From: Methanocaldococcus jannaschii DSM 2661
Lineage (GTDB): Archaea > AGJL01 > Methanococci > Methanococcales > Methanocaldococcaceae
DNA: 32,000 bases
Assembly (NCBI RefSeq): GCF_000091665.1
Contig: NC_000909.1
Coordinates: 152,871-184,870 of the forward strand
Reading direction: 5' to 3'
Shown: positions 11,765 to 20,431 of the stretch, piece by piece
Numbering within the stretch: the stretch's first letter is position 1
How the letters are laid out: each line of letters starts with the position of its first letter
Program-made: the position numbers and the translations under genes
Notes under the pieces: generated by a model
What the model was told of the DNA's origin: nothing
What the model saw: the letters and a program-made list of their open reading frames with translations, nothing else
Databases searched by the model: none

Positions 11765-11782
11765 TTTTGGTCTTTTTAAAAC

Positions 11783-12289
11783 TTAGCTTTTTGGTTTTAA
11801 GATTTTTGGTCCCCTTGCTAAGGCAGTTATTCCAGTTCTTGCCATTTCTTTAATTCCTAATGGTTTAACTAAGTCAATAAATGCGTTTATTTTATCTTCA
11901 CTACCAGTTATCTCTACAATTAAAGATTCTGGACTTAAATCTACAACATTTCCTCTAAATATGCTTGTATATTGAATAACTTGTGATTTTGCACTCTCTG
12001 TTGGTGCATAAATCTTTATTAAACAGAGCTCTCTCTGAACGGATTTCTTTTCCTCTAACTCACTAACCTTTATAACATCAATTAATTTGTTGAGTTGTTT
12101 GATAACCTGCTCTAATATCTTATCATCTCCATTAACAACTATCGTAACTCTTGAAATTTGTGGATTCTCTGTTATTCCGACTGTAATACTTGAAATATTA
12201 AACCCTCTCCTTGTAAATAACCCTGAAATTCTCTGCAATACTCCTGGTTTATTTAAAACTAACGCGGAGATGACATGCCTATGTTCCAT
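11783..12289 (-). CDS. ilvH: Acetolactate synthase small (regulatory) subunit
   Basis: ACT-domain N-terminus [34 protein letters not shown]. The start is moved from the TTG in the SD to ATG 12289. Confidence 0.88.
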
Positions 12290-12663
12290 TATATTCACCA
12301 ATCCTTTTTATAGTAAGATTTAAAAATAATAAAATAGATATTTAGTAGAACTCACCATATAATAATTATGATACCTGAAATTTTTGATTTGCATATTTTT
12401 GATAGGATATGACAAGGCTTAATTTTTCTTTTGTTAATTAATTGGCATCTAAATTATTGGTTTTTGCAAATATTCTAAAGATAAAGGACATAATAAATGT
12501 CTTTCGATAGAGGGTGTTCAATTTTTCATAACTAAATTTAACAACTTTACGAAAAACTATGAAAATTTTCTTTTAATCTTAACTTAATTTTTGGTTTCCT
12601 ATTCTTTGCCTGGGTAATAGGATTTATCCAAATAAAATATATATAAATTTTTGGGATGGTAGT

Positions 12664-13929
12664 ATGGTTTTATTAAAGTTTCATGGTGGTTGCCAGCAAA
12701 TTGGGATGAGTTGTGTTGAGGTAGAAACACAAAAAGGGAGAGTTTTATTGGATTGCGGAATGTCTCCAGACACTGGAGAAATACCTAAGGTAGATGATAA
12801 AGCAGTAGATGCAGTTATTGTTTCCCATGCTCATCTTGACCATTGTGGAGCAATCCCATTTTATAAATTCAAAAAGATTTATTGCACACATCCAACAGCT
12901 GATTTAATGTTTATAACTTGGAGAGATACTCTAAATTTAACAAAAGCTTATAAAGAAGAAGACATTCAGCATGCTATGGAAAATATTGAGTGCCTAAATT
13001 ACTATGAGGAAAGGCAAATAACTGAAAACATTAAATTTAAATTTTACAATGCCGGGCATATATTGGGAAGTGCTTCCATATACTTGGAAGTGGATGGGAA
13101 AAAAATTCTCTATACTGGGGACATAAATGAAGGAGTTTCAAGAACATTACTCCCTGCAGATACAGATATCGATGAGATTGATGTCCTAATTATAGAATCT
13201 ACTTATGGATCTCCATTGGATATAAAGCCAGCAAGAAAAACTTTAGAGAGGCAATTAATTGAGGAAATATCTGAAACAATAGAAAATGGAGGAAAAGTAA
13301 TAATCCCAGTTTTTGCAATTGGTAGAGCTCAAGAGATATTGTTGATTATAAACAACTATATTAGAAGTGGAAAGTTAAGGGATGTGCCAATATATACTGA
13401 CGGCTCCCTAATTCATGCAACTGCTGTTTATATGAGCTATATAAATTGGCTAAATCCAAAAATAAAAAATATGGTTGAGAATAGAATTAATCCATTTGGT
13501 GAGATAAAGAAGGCAGATGAAAGCTTAGTATTTAATAAAGAGCCTTGTATTATTGTTTCAACTTCAGGGATGGTTCAAGGAGGACCGGTATTAAAATATT
13601 TAAAGTTATTGAAAGACCCAAAAAACAAGCTTATATTAACTGGTTATCAGGCAGAGGGAACATTAGGAAGGGAATTAGAAGAGGGAGCTAAAGAAATTCA
13701 GCCATTTAAAAATAAAATCCCTATAAGGGGAAAAGTTGTTAAAATAGAATTTTCTGCTCATGGTGATTATAATTCATTAGTTAGATATATAAAGAAGATT
13801 CCTAAACCAGAAAAAGCTATAGTTATGCATGGGGAGAGATATCAATCATTATCATTCGCTATGACTATTTGGAAGACATTAAAGATTCCAACCTTTGTTC
13901 CTGTTAGAGGAACAATATTGCCAATATAA
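12664..13929 (+). CDS. Metallo-beta-lactamase / beta-CASP family ribonuclease (aCPSF2 or RNase J-like)
   Basis: 421 aa with the HAHLDHCG motif II, later beta-CASP motifs and a C-terminal H (VMHGE). Confidence 0.8.
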   Translation: MVLLKFHGGCQQIGMSCVEVETQKGRVLLDCGMSPDTGEIPKVDDKAVDAVIVSHAHLDHCGAIPFYKFKKIYCTHPTADLMFITWRDTLNLTKAYKEEDIQHAMENIECLNYYEERQITENIKFKFYNAGHILGSASIYLEVDGKKILYTGDINEGVSRTLLPADTDIDEIDVLIIESTYGSPLDIKPARKTLERQLIEEISETIENGGKVIIPVFAIGRAQEILLIINNYIRSGKLRDVPIYTDGSLIHATAVYMSYINWLNPKIKNMVENRINPFGEIKKADESLVFNKEPCIIVSTSGMVQGGPVLKYLKLLKDPKNKLILTGYQAEGTLGRELEEGAKEIQPFKNKIPIRGKVVKIEFSAHGDYNSLVRYIKKIPKPEKAIVMHGERYQSLSFAMTIWKTLKIPTFVPVRGTILPI

Positions 13930-13941
13930 ATTATAAAATTT

Positions 13942-14505
13942 TTAAATACTCAATAATGCCTCCTCTGGAATTTCTTGCTCTATGGTTGTAATTGTTGAGA
14001 AATACTTTTTGAGAACTCCTGTTATTCTTTTCAGTATTTCTTTCTCTTCTATAACGTCAAGGGCTATTTTTGACTCTATTATAACATACAGATTTTCACC
14101 ATAAAGTTTTAATGGATAGATGTATAGATAACTATCTTCCTTAAATATAACGACCTTTTTTATATTTCCACATAGTTTTTTAATATATTCAAATATGCTC
14201 GATGCAGTAGCTCCAACTTCATCAGCATCCTTTAATGTAGTGGCTATAACTAAACCCTCATCATTAACAACAATAATATCTTCTATATCATAAGAAAGAG
14301 CTATTTCAACCAAATCAAATTCTTTTGTATATTCCCTACCTTCATCTGGAGCTACATAAGGTTTTAATTCTTTAAGATTTTCGATAATTTCCATTTCAAT
14401 AATCTTATACGTTTTCTTTCTTTCTTTCTCTTTATAGTAATACACTCCTACACCAATCAAGACCCCAACTATAAAAAGAATTAAAAAAATTATTATCGCA
14501 TCCAT
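13942..14505 (-). CDS. Membrane-anchored Roadblock/LC7-like protein
   Basis: It has an N-terminal TM helix (AIIIFLILFIVGVLIGVGVYYY). The C-terminal region IEDIIVVNDEGLVIATTLKDADEVGATASSIFEYIKKL...VVIFKEDSYLYIYPL...LYVIIES fits the Roadblock/MglB pattern. A GAGGT SD is present. Confidence 0.6.
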   Translation of the reverse strand: MDAIIIFLILFIVGVLIGVGVYYYKEKERKKTYKIIEMEIIENLKELKPYVAPDEGREYTKEFDLVEIALSYDIEDIIVVNDEGLVIATTLKDADEVGATASSIFEYIKKLCGNIKKVVIFKEDSYLYIYPLKLYGENLYVIIESKIALDVIEEKEILKRITGVLKKYFSTITTIEQEIPEEALLSI

Positions 14506-14553
14506 GTTAATACCTCTTCATTTCTTCTATTTGAATATTTGCTTTTTATTTTA

Positions 14554-15729
14554 TTACTCTATATTAATATTTATCCTTGAGGTATATTTGGATACATATT
14601 TTTTAATTGTATTGTCAATCTCAAATTTAACAATTGAAGGGTCTATATCTTTTTTGATAATTCCCAAGATTCTTTTTCTCTTTACATTAACATCCCCAAA
14701 TATATAGTATCTACCATTCTCCCACTTAATCTTAAGATTAACTAAAACATCACTAACACCTTCCATCCTCTTAACTTTATTAACAATCTCACTCTCAATT
14801 TTTTCTTTTAGTTCTTCCAATTCTTCATCTGAAGGTCTAAACACATCTTCTAATATTGTCTCTATCCAATTCTCATCTGGCTCTTTTATTCCCAATTTTT
14901 TTAGCAGTTCTTCTCTTGAGACTGTTGATTCTTCTTCTATTTCTTCAGCAGTTGTTATACTACCTTCACTTTCTAAACTATCCGCTTTTTCACTACTTTT
15001 ATTTTCGTTTTCATCCAGAATTTTCATTTGTGGGTATAGTTCTAATATAACATGTGTTTTTTTCTCATTATACTCATAGACATCAATAACTGTATTTTCA
15101 TCTTTCAACATTTCTTCCAATTTTTCATAGGCATCTTTTCCTAACAAAACTCCTAAGTCACATTCATAAGCCGCTGCTATTGGTGTTTGTCCTTTGTATA
15201 TTATATAACCGTTCTCAAATTTGCCATCTTTTTTTCTATAAGCATTTATAATAATATATTTATTATCTTCTAAGTATTTTTCAAAGTCCTTTGTATTTGC
15301 CTCTATTAAATTATCCAATGGTATGTCCAATTTTATGTTGAGATATTTTTCAACTATGTCTCTCTTCTCACTCATATCTTCATTTTTTTCAGATACTTTA
15401 TTTGTGTCTTTACATGCAAAAATCTCTGGATATAGCCATTTCATTAAATTTATTTTATCTTTATTATATTTGTAGATATCTATAACTTTGTTTTCGTAGT
15501 TTAACAGTTCAATAACTTTTTCTTTATTTCCAAAAACCTCTGTAGATTCACTATCGGTGTAGTAGCATCCAACAATTTTTCCATCTTCAACAAAGATATA
15601 ACCCTCATGTAATTTATTCCCTTCTTTAACTAAAATTAAAATATATCCAGTGTCTATCTCATTGATTATCTCTTCTAAATTTCCTTCATATAATGTCTTT
15701 ACATACTCTCCATCAACAACTTTTATCAT
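14554..15729 (-). CDS. Protein with two PATAN/DUF4388-like repeats, an acidic linker and a C-terminal beta-rich domain
   Basis: There are two internal repeats ([31 protein letters not shown]...VIDIYKY and [33 protein letters not shown]...VIDVYEY). The start is moved to ATG 15729 behind a GAGGG SD. Confidence 0.55.
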
Positions 15730-15750
15730 ATTTTCCCTCATCTATCTTTA

Positions 15751-16521
15751 TTACTTATGCATTATCTTAGCTATCAATCCTGCAAATACACCTGCTCCAA
15801 ATCCATTATCAATATTAACAACCGCTATTCCAGGAGAACATGAATGCAACATAGTTAACAGAGGCGTTATTTTTATCCCATAAGATGTCGATGTTGGAAC
15901 TCCAATAACAGGAATATCAACCATTGAGGCGATAACTGAAGGTAAAGCTCCCTCCATACCAGCAACAACAATAATACAGCAAACATCTTCCTCAATCATT
16001 CTTTTTAAAGCTGGAAACAGCCTGTGAATGCCTGCAATTCCTACATCATAAGCAGTTATTGCTTCAACTCCCATTATTTCTAATGTGTCTTTTGCCTCCT
16101 CTGCCACTGGAATATCTGAGGTCCCTGCTGTTAATATACCCACTTTACCTATTTTTTTTACTTCATAGTTTTTATTTTTTATTATTAATGTTTTCGCTTT
16201 TTTGTTAATTTTTATGTCGTAGTTTTTTAAATTCCACTTCCTAATTTCGTCACTAAGTTTTTCAATATCTTCTATTTTAGTTGCTAACGCTATGCCATTT
16301 TTTTCTACAAGTTTTAGCGTGGCTTTAATTATCTCATCTATATCTTTTCCCTTACCATAAACAACTTCTGGAACTCCTGTCCTAAACTGCCTGTTTATAT
16401 CCAACTTTAATCTTTCCTCAATCTCTTCATAATAGTTAAGCTTTATCTGTTTTTCAATTTCATCTAAGCTTATATCTCCATTTTTAAATGCTAAAAGTAA
16501 ATCTCTTAAATTTTTTCCCAT
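15751..16521 (-). CDS. LarB-like / PurE-related (AIR carboxylase family) protein
   Basis: The C-terminal domain GILTAGTSDIPVAEEAK...IIVVAGMEGALPSVIASMVDIPVIGVPTS is typical of the NCAIR-mutase-like LarB family. A GGAGGG SD is present. Confidence 0.75.
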   Translation of the reverse strand: MGKNLRDLLLAFKNGDISLDEIEKQIKLNYYEEIEERLKLDINRQFRTGVPEVVYGKGKDIDEIIKATLKLVEKNGIALATKIEDIEKLSDEIRKWNLKNYDIKINKKAKTLIIKNKNYEVKKIGKVGILTAGTSDIPVAEEAKDTLEIMGVEAITAYDVGIAGIHRLFPALKRMIEEDVCCIIVVAGMEGALPSVIASMVDIPVIGVPTSTSYGIKITPLLTMLHSCSPGIAVVNIDNGFGAGVFAGLIAKIMHK

Positions 16522-16553
16522 TCAATTCCCTCCAAAACTTTTAGAAAAAACAT

Positions 16554-17321
16554 TTAAACTCTTTCCCATTCGATTCCATTATTTTCAAAAAATTCAATAT
16601 ATCTCCTTTTATCATCTCCCCTACATCCCTTCCAATCAATAAGAGCTTTATCCACTTCCATCTTACTGATAAGTTGATTTAAAACATCCTCAGACACTGA
16701 GGCATATTTTGGAACTAAATAGCCAAAATAATATTTATCCTCTAAAGCAAGTTTTGTAAATTTTGGAGCATAATGCCCTCCACCAAAGCCAATAGCTCTA
16801 ACTTTTTTATCATAATTTTTGGATTTCATTGCATCTATTGTTTCCAAAACAGATTTAGCAATTATCTCTCCAGCCTCTTTTAAAATCCACTCTTTTTCAC
16901 TACTTCCAATTTCAACAAATACTGTTGGAGCTTTTAAACCGGTTGGAGAGTGATGAACTACCTCAAAAGAGACATCAAACTCTCCAATCTTCCCATCCTC
17001 ATAGTATGTTTTGTAATTTTTGTAAATGTTTTTTAATAAAAGAGTATTTAAAACAGCATCACATGGACAAACTTCCTTAGGATTTCCTCCAAAAGTATTA
17101 TCTTCAGTTAAATTTCCGGGCGTATGGACTGTTAGGGATGGTTTATTTGCAATACTTTTATGCTTTGATAAAAATATATAGTAATCTGCATACTCCAAAT
17201 CTTCTGCAGTTAGAGATAAAAGCTCCTTATCAGTTTCAAAAACATCAAAATACTCTTTTATATGATTAGCTATGTTTTTACTTGCTAAATCTTTATTTGA
17301 TGCTATTAACAAAAATTTCAT
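16554..17321 (-). CDS. dtdA: Archaeal-type D-aminoacyl-tRNA deacylase (DTD2)
   Basis: Motifs VVHHSPTG, VEIGSSEKEW, GGGHYAPK and DWKG match the archaeal DtdA family. Confidence 0.8.
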   Translation of the reverse strand: MKFLLIASNKDLASKNIANHIKEYFDVFETDKELLSLTAEDLEYADYYIFLSKHKSIANKPSLTVHTPGNLTEDNTFGGNPKEVCPCDAVLNTLLLKNIYKNYKTYYEDGKIGEFDVSFEVVHHSPTGLKAPTVFVEIGSSEKEWILKEAGEIIAKSVLETIDAMKSKNYDKKVRAIGFGGGHYAPKFTKLALEDKYYFGYLVPKYASVSEDVLNQLISKMEVDKALIDWKGCRGDDKRRYIEFFENNGIEWERV

Positions 17322-17322
17322 C

Positions 17323-17814
17323 TTATCCCTCTCTTAAATGTCCTAATATATGTCCTGTTTCTTCTTTAATTATCTTTAATGCTGTTCTACATGCATTTAC
17401 TGAGCCTGGGAGGGCATATATGATTTTTCCTTTATAAATTCCAGCCATAGCTCTTGATAGCATGGCTGAGAATCCAACTTCCTCATAACTTAGTTTTTGA
17501 AAAATAATTTTAAAGCCATCTAACTCTTTTTCAATAATTTCTTTCAATGCTTCTACAGTGACATCTCTCTCAGCTATTCCAGTTCCTCCTGTGAAAACAA
17601 TACAATCTACATCAAAAAATTCAACTATATGCTCAACTATTCCTTTAATCATATTTTTGTTGTCGGGGATTATTGTATATACTTTAGCGTTTAGTTCTTT
17701 TTTTAATAATTTTCCAGATTTATCATCTACTTCTTTTCCCTTAATTAAATCATTATATCTACTATCACTTACAGTAACTACCGCATATTTTATATTTTTT
17801 ATTCTTTTGTGCAT
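17323..17814 (-). CDS. moaB: Molybdenum cofactor biosynthesis protein B (MoaB/MogA family)
   Basis: 163 aa with VVTVSDSR...FTGGTGIAERDVT...PGS motifs and a GGTGG SD. The stop lies 1 nt from the dtdA start. Confidence 0.85.
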   Translation of the reverse strand: MHKRIKNIKYAVVTVSDSRYNDLIKGKEVDDKSGKLLKKELNAKVYTIIPDNKNMIKGIVEHIVEFFDVDCIVFTGGTGIAERDVTVEALKEIIEKELDGFKIIFQKLSYEEVGFSAMLSRAMAGIYKGKIIYALPGSVNACRTALKIIKEETGHILGHLREG

Positions 17815-17936
17815 ATTTCCACCGTTTAAATAAATATATAAATTAATGAATATAAATTAAAATAACAAAAGAATTCTAAAGTTTTGGAAGGAAGTAAAAT
17901 ATTAATAATAAAAATTAAAAATTTTAAAAATAAAAT

Positions 17937-18140
17937 TTATTTCTTCAAAGCCAATTTTATATCCTCAACTTTTACTGTTTTTCTTTTTGCGTGCTTAGCT
18001 AATTCAACTGCTTCTTTTGCAATTTCTAATGCAATCTCTTCAACAGCCTCTGCTAAGTATTCTGCAGCTGCTCTGCTAACTCTCTCAGCACCAGCCTTTT
18101 TCAATATTCTCTCAAATGGTGCAACTGGAAGCTCAGCCAT
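17937..18140 (-). CDS. Archaeal histone (HMf family)
   Basis: 67 aa: [67 protein letters not shown], a histone fold. A GAGGTGG SD is present. Confidence 0.93.
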   Translation of the reverse strand: MAELPVAPFERILKKAGAERVSRAAAEYLAEAVEEIALEIAKEAVELAKHAKRKTVKVEDIKLALKK

Positions 18141-18188
18141 AATACCACCTCACAATAGATTTCCAATAAATACTGTTATAAAATCCTT

Positions 18189-18196
18189 TATTTAAA
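18189..18196 (-). promoter_or_regulatory. Candidate BRE/TATA of the histone gene
   Basis: The minus strand reads AAAGTTTAAATAAAGG about 50 nt upstream of the ATG, leaving a roughly 25-nt leader with an SD. Confidence 0.45.
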
Positions 18197-18379
18197 CTTT
18201 TCGGTCATTTTCATTTTTTGTGAAAGTCTTTGGAAAATTTTCCCACACATAAAGAAGGTATTAAAAAGTGTGACACTAAAATTATAAAAAACACTATTTA
18301 TAATGTATGTCACAAATTTAAAATATAATTTTATGAAAGATAGATAAACATAAATTAATAGAGTTTAATTGTGATATTT

Positions 18380-19162
18380 ATGATAATTACTATAGCTTCG
18401 GGTAAAGGAGGGGTTGGAAAAACTACAACATCAGCATCTTTAGCAGTAGCACTTGCTAAATTGGGAAAAAAGGTTTTAGCTATTGATGGAGACATATCAA
18501 TGGCTAATTTAGGGATTCTATTCAATATGGAAAAGAAAAAACCCTCTTTACATGAAGTTTTGAGTGAAGAGGCAGATGTTAGGGATGCAATTTACAAACA
18601 TAAAACTGGAGTTTATGTATTGCCAACGAGTTTGTCTTTAGAAGGTTATAAGAAATCAGATATTGATTTACTTCCAGATGTGGTTAATGAGGTAGCTGAT
18701 GATTTTGATTATGTAATTATAGATGCTCCAGCTGGGTTAAATAGAGAAATGGCTACTCATTTAGCTATTGCTGATAAACTTTTACTTGTTGTCACCCCAG
18801 AGATGTTCTCAATTATTGACGCTGTTAGATTAAAAGAAAGTGCTGAAATGGCTGGAACACCTTTAATGGGTGTTGTGTTAAATAGGGTTGGTAGAGATTT
18901 TGGTGAAATGGGTAGAGATGAGATTGAAATGTTAATAAAAGGTAAAGTTTTAGTTGAAGTCCCTGAAGATGAAAATGTTAGGTCAGCAGCTTTAAAAAAG
19001 ATGAGTGTTATTGAATATAGAAAGAATTCTCCAGCTTCTCAAGCTTATATGAAGTTAGCTTCAATAATAGCAGGAGTTCCTATTTACATTGAAGATGAAA
19101 TTAAAATAATAAGGAAAGAAAGCTTTATAGATAAAATTAAGAGATTATTTAGGATGTATTAA
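18380..19162 (+). CDS. minD: MinD/ParA-family P-loop ATPase
   Basis: It has the deviant Walker A IASGKGGVGKTT. The start is moved from GTG 18371 to ATG 18380. Confidence 0.85.
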   Translation: MIITIASGKGGVGKTTTSASLAVALAKLGKKVLAIDGDISMANLGILFNMEKKKPSLHEVLSEEADVRDAIYKHKTGVYVLPTSLSLEGYKKSDIDLLPDVVNEVADDFDYVIIDAPAGLNREMATHLAIADKLLLVVTPEMFSIIDAVRLKESAEMAGTPLMGVVLNRVGRDFGEMGRDEIEMLIKGKVLVEVPEDENVRSAALKKMSVIEYRKNSPASQAYMKLASIIAGVPIYIEDEIKIIRKESFIDKIKRLFRMY

Positions 19163-19181
19163 TTATCTTGATTTAAAAATT

Positions 19182-19265
19182 TTAATTATCATCCTTTTCC
19201 AAATAAACCGTATATGTTGGGAACGCCCTCTCAATGAACCTTTCAGTAAAAGCTTCACCAAAAAT
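19182..19265 (-). pseudogene. Diverged duplicate of the MscS-channel gene 3' end (..GEAFTERFIERAFPTYTVYLEKDDN*)
   Basis: The core 19192-19232 aligns with 19308-19347 of the intact gene (..EEFEKEGIEMAFPTYTVYLEKDN*), with several substitutions and one extra codon. Confidence 0.8.
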
Positions 19266-19269
19266 GGAT

Positions 19270-19296
19270 GCATCATCTCGCTTTGCTCGATGATGC
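19270..19296 (-). repeat. GA-bulged hairpin copy 3
   Basis: The minus strand reads GCATCATC-GA-GC-AAA-GC-GA-GATGATGC, starting 3 nt after the channel gene stop. Confidence 0.8.
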
Positions 19297-19299
19297 CTC

Positions 19300-20352
19300 T
19301 TAGTTATCTTTCTCCAAATAAACAGTATATGTTGGGAATGCCATCTCTATCCCTTCTTTTTCAAATTCCTCTTTTATCTTCAAATTTATTTCATCAACGG
19401 CATTTAAATAGTAATCAAATCCCATGTTTCTAACAAAGTATTCTACCCTCAAATTTAAACTCCAATCTCCATATTCCCTAAAATGCACTCTATATGGAGG
19501 GAGAGTAGCTGGATGATTTTCAACAATCTCTTTTATTATCTCCTTAGCCCTCTTAATTTTCTCTACCGGTGTGTTATAAGTTAAACCGATAGTCATTAAA
19601 ACCCTTCTTCTATCTCTAACTGTTAAGTTTTCAATGGCTGAATCCAACAATTCTGAGTTTGGGATAGTTATTAAAGTGTAATCAAAAGTTCTAATTCGTG
19701 TGCTTCTTATTCCAATCTCCTCTACAATCCCTTCAGCCCCTTTAACTTTAACCCAATGGCCTAAACTAAAGGGTTTGTCAATCAATATTAAAATCCCAGC
19801 AATGAAGTTTTTTATGGTGTCTTGCATAGCCAAAGCTAAAGCTAAACCCCCTACTCCTAAACCAGCCAATAAAGCAGTGATATCATAACCAACAGAGCTT
19901 AAAGCCGTTAATATACCAAGAAGTATTGTTAATATCTTTACAACTTTTTTCAATGGCTTTATTATGTGTTCGTCCAACTCTGTTTCTGTCTTTTCGGTTA
20001 ATGGAATTAGGTAGTGTTCAAATATCCCATCAATAAATTTAACTGCAAAATATGTAGCCGATAAGATAACTACAACTTTTACTGCTTCATCTATCAACTT
20101 GAGTATATAATCTGGCAGAATTAAAAATCTTAACCCAAAATAGAAAAACAATGTAACTACTAACACAATAATTGGTAAATCAATAGACTCTAATATTATA
20201 TCATCGAATTTTGTTTTTGTTTTATCTATGATTTTTTTGAGATAATTTCTAACTATTTTATCCACAATTTTTCCAATGAAAATACCCAATAGAGTTATAA
20301 CAACAAAAATAAGTATATTAGATATGCTGTTCCCAAAAATTTCCATATTCAC
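19300..20352 (-). CDS. Small-conductance mechanosensitive channel (MscS family)
   Basis: It has N-terminal TM helices, the pore-lining GGLALALAMQDTIKNFIAG, and a beta domain. ATG 20346 behind GAGGTGA may be the true start. Confidence 0.88.
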   Translation of the reverse strand: MNMEIFGNSISNILIFVVITLLGIFIGKIVDKIVRNYLKKIIDKTKTKFDDIILESIDLPIIVLVVTLFFYFGLRFLILPDYILKLIDEAVKVVVILSATYFAVKFIDGIFEHYLIPLTEKTETELDEHIIKPLKKVVKILTILLGILTALSSVGYDITALLAGLGVGGLALALAMQDTIKNFIAGILILIDKPFSLGHWVKVKGAEGIVEEIGIRSTRIRTFDYTLITIPNSELLDSAIENLTVRDRRRVLMTIGLTYNTPVEKIKRAKEIIKEIVENHPATLPPYRVHFREYGDWSLNLRVEYFVRNMGFDYYLNAVDEINLKIKEEFEKEGIEMAFPTYTVYLEKDN

Positions 20353-20431
20353 ATCACCTCTTCTTTAAATTACCACTATAAAAATAAAATTGAAAAATTT
20401 AATTATTTATCAAAGATTTTTATATTAAAGA

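Noticed and set aside
12302-12663. Unusually long (about 370 bp) ilvH / beta-CASP divergent intergenic region as a hidden ncRNA or riboswitch
   Set aside because: It is uniformly AT-rich with only short imperfect repeats (ATTTTTGAT twice, a 7-8 bp AAGGACAT/ATGTCTTT hairpin). There is no GC-rich or strongly structured segment, so nothing is specific enough to call.
18232-18243. Perfect palindrome GGAAAATTTTCC in the histone/minD divergent region as an NrpR operator
   Set aside because: As I recall it, the described NrpR operator is GGAA-N6-TTCC, and this has N4. Several 12-bp AT-rich palindromes are expected by chance in 32 kb, and neither flanking gene is a nitrogen-assimilation gene.
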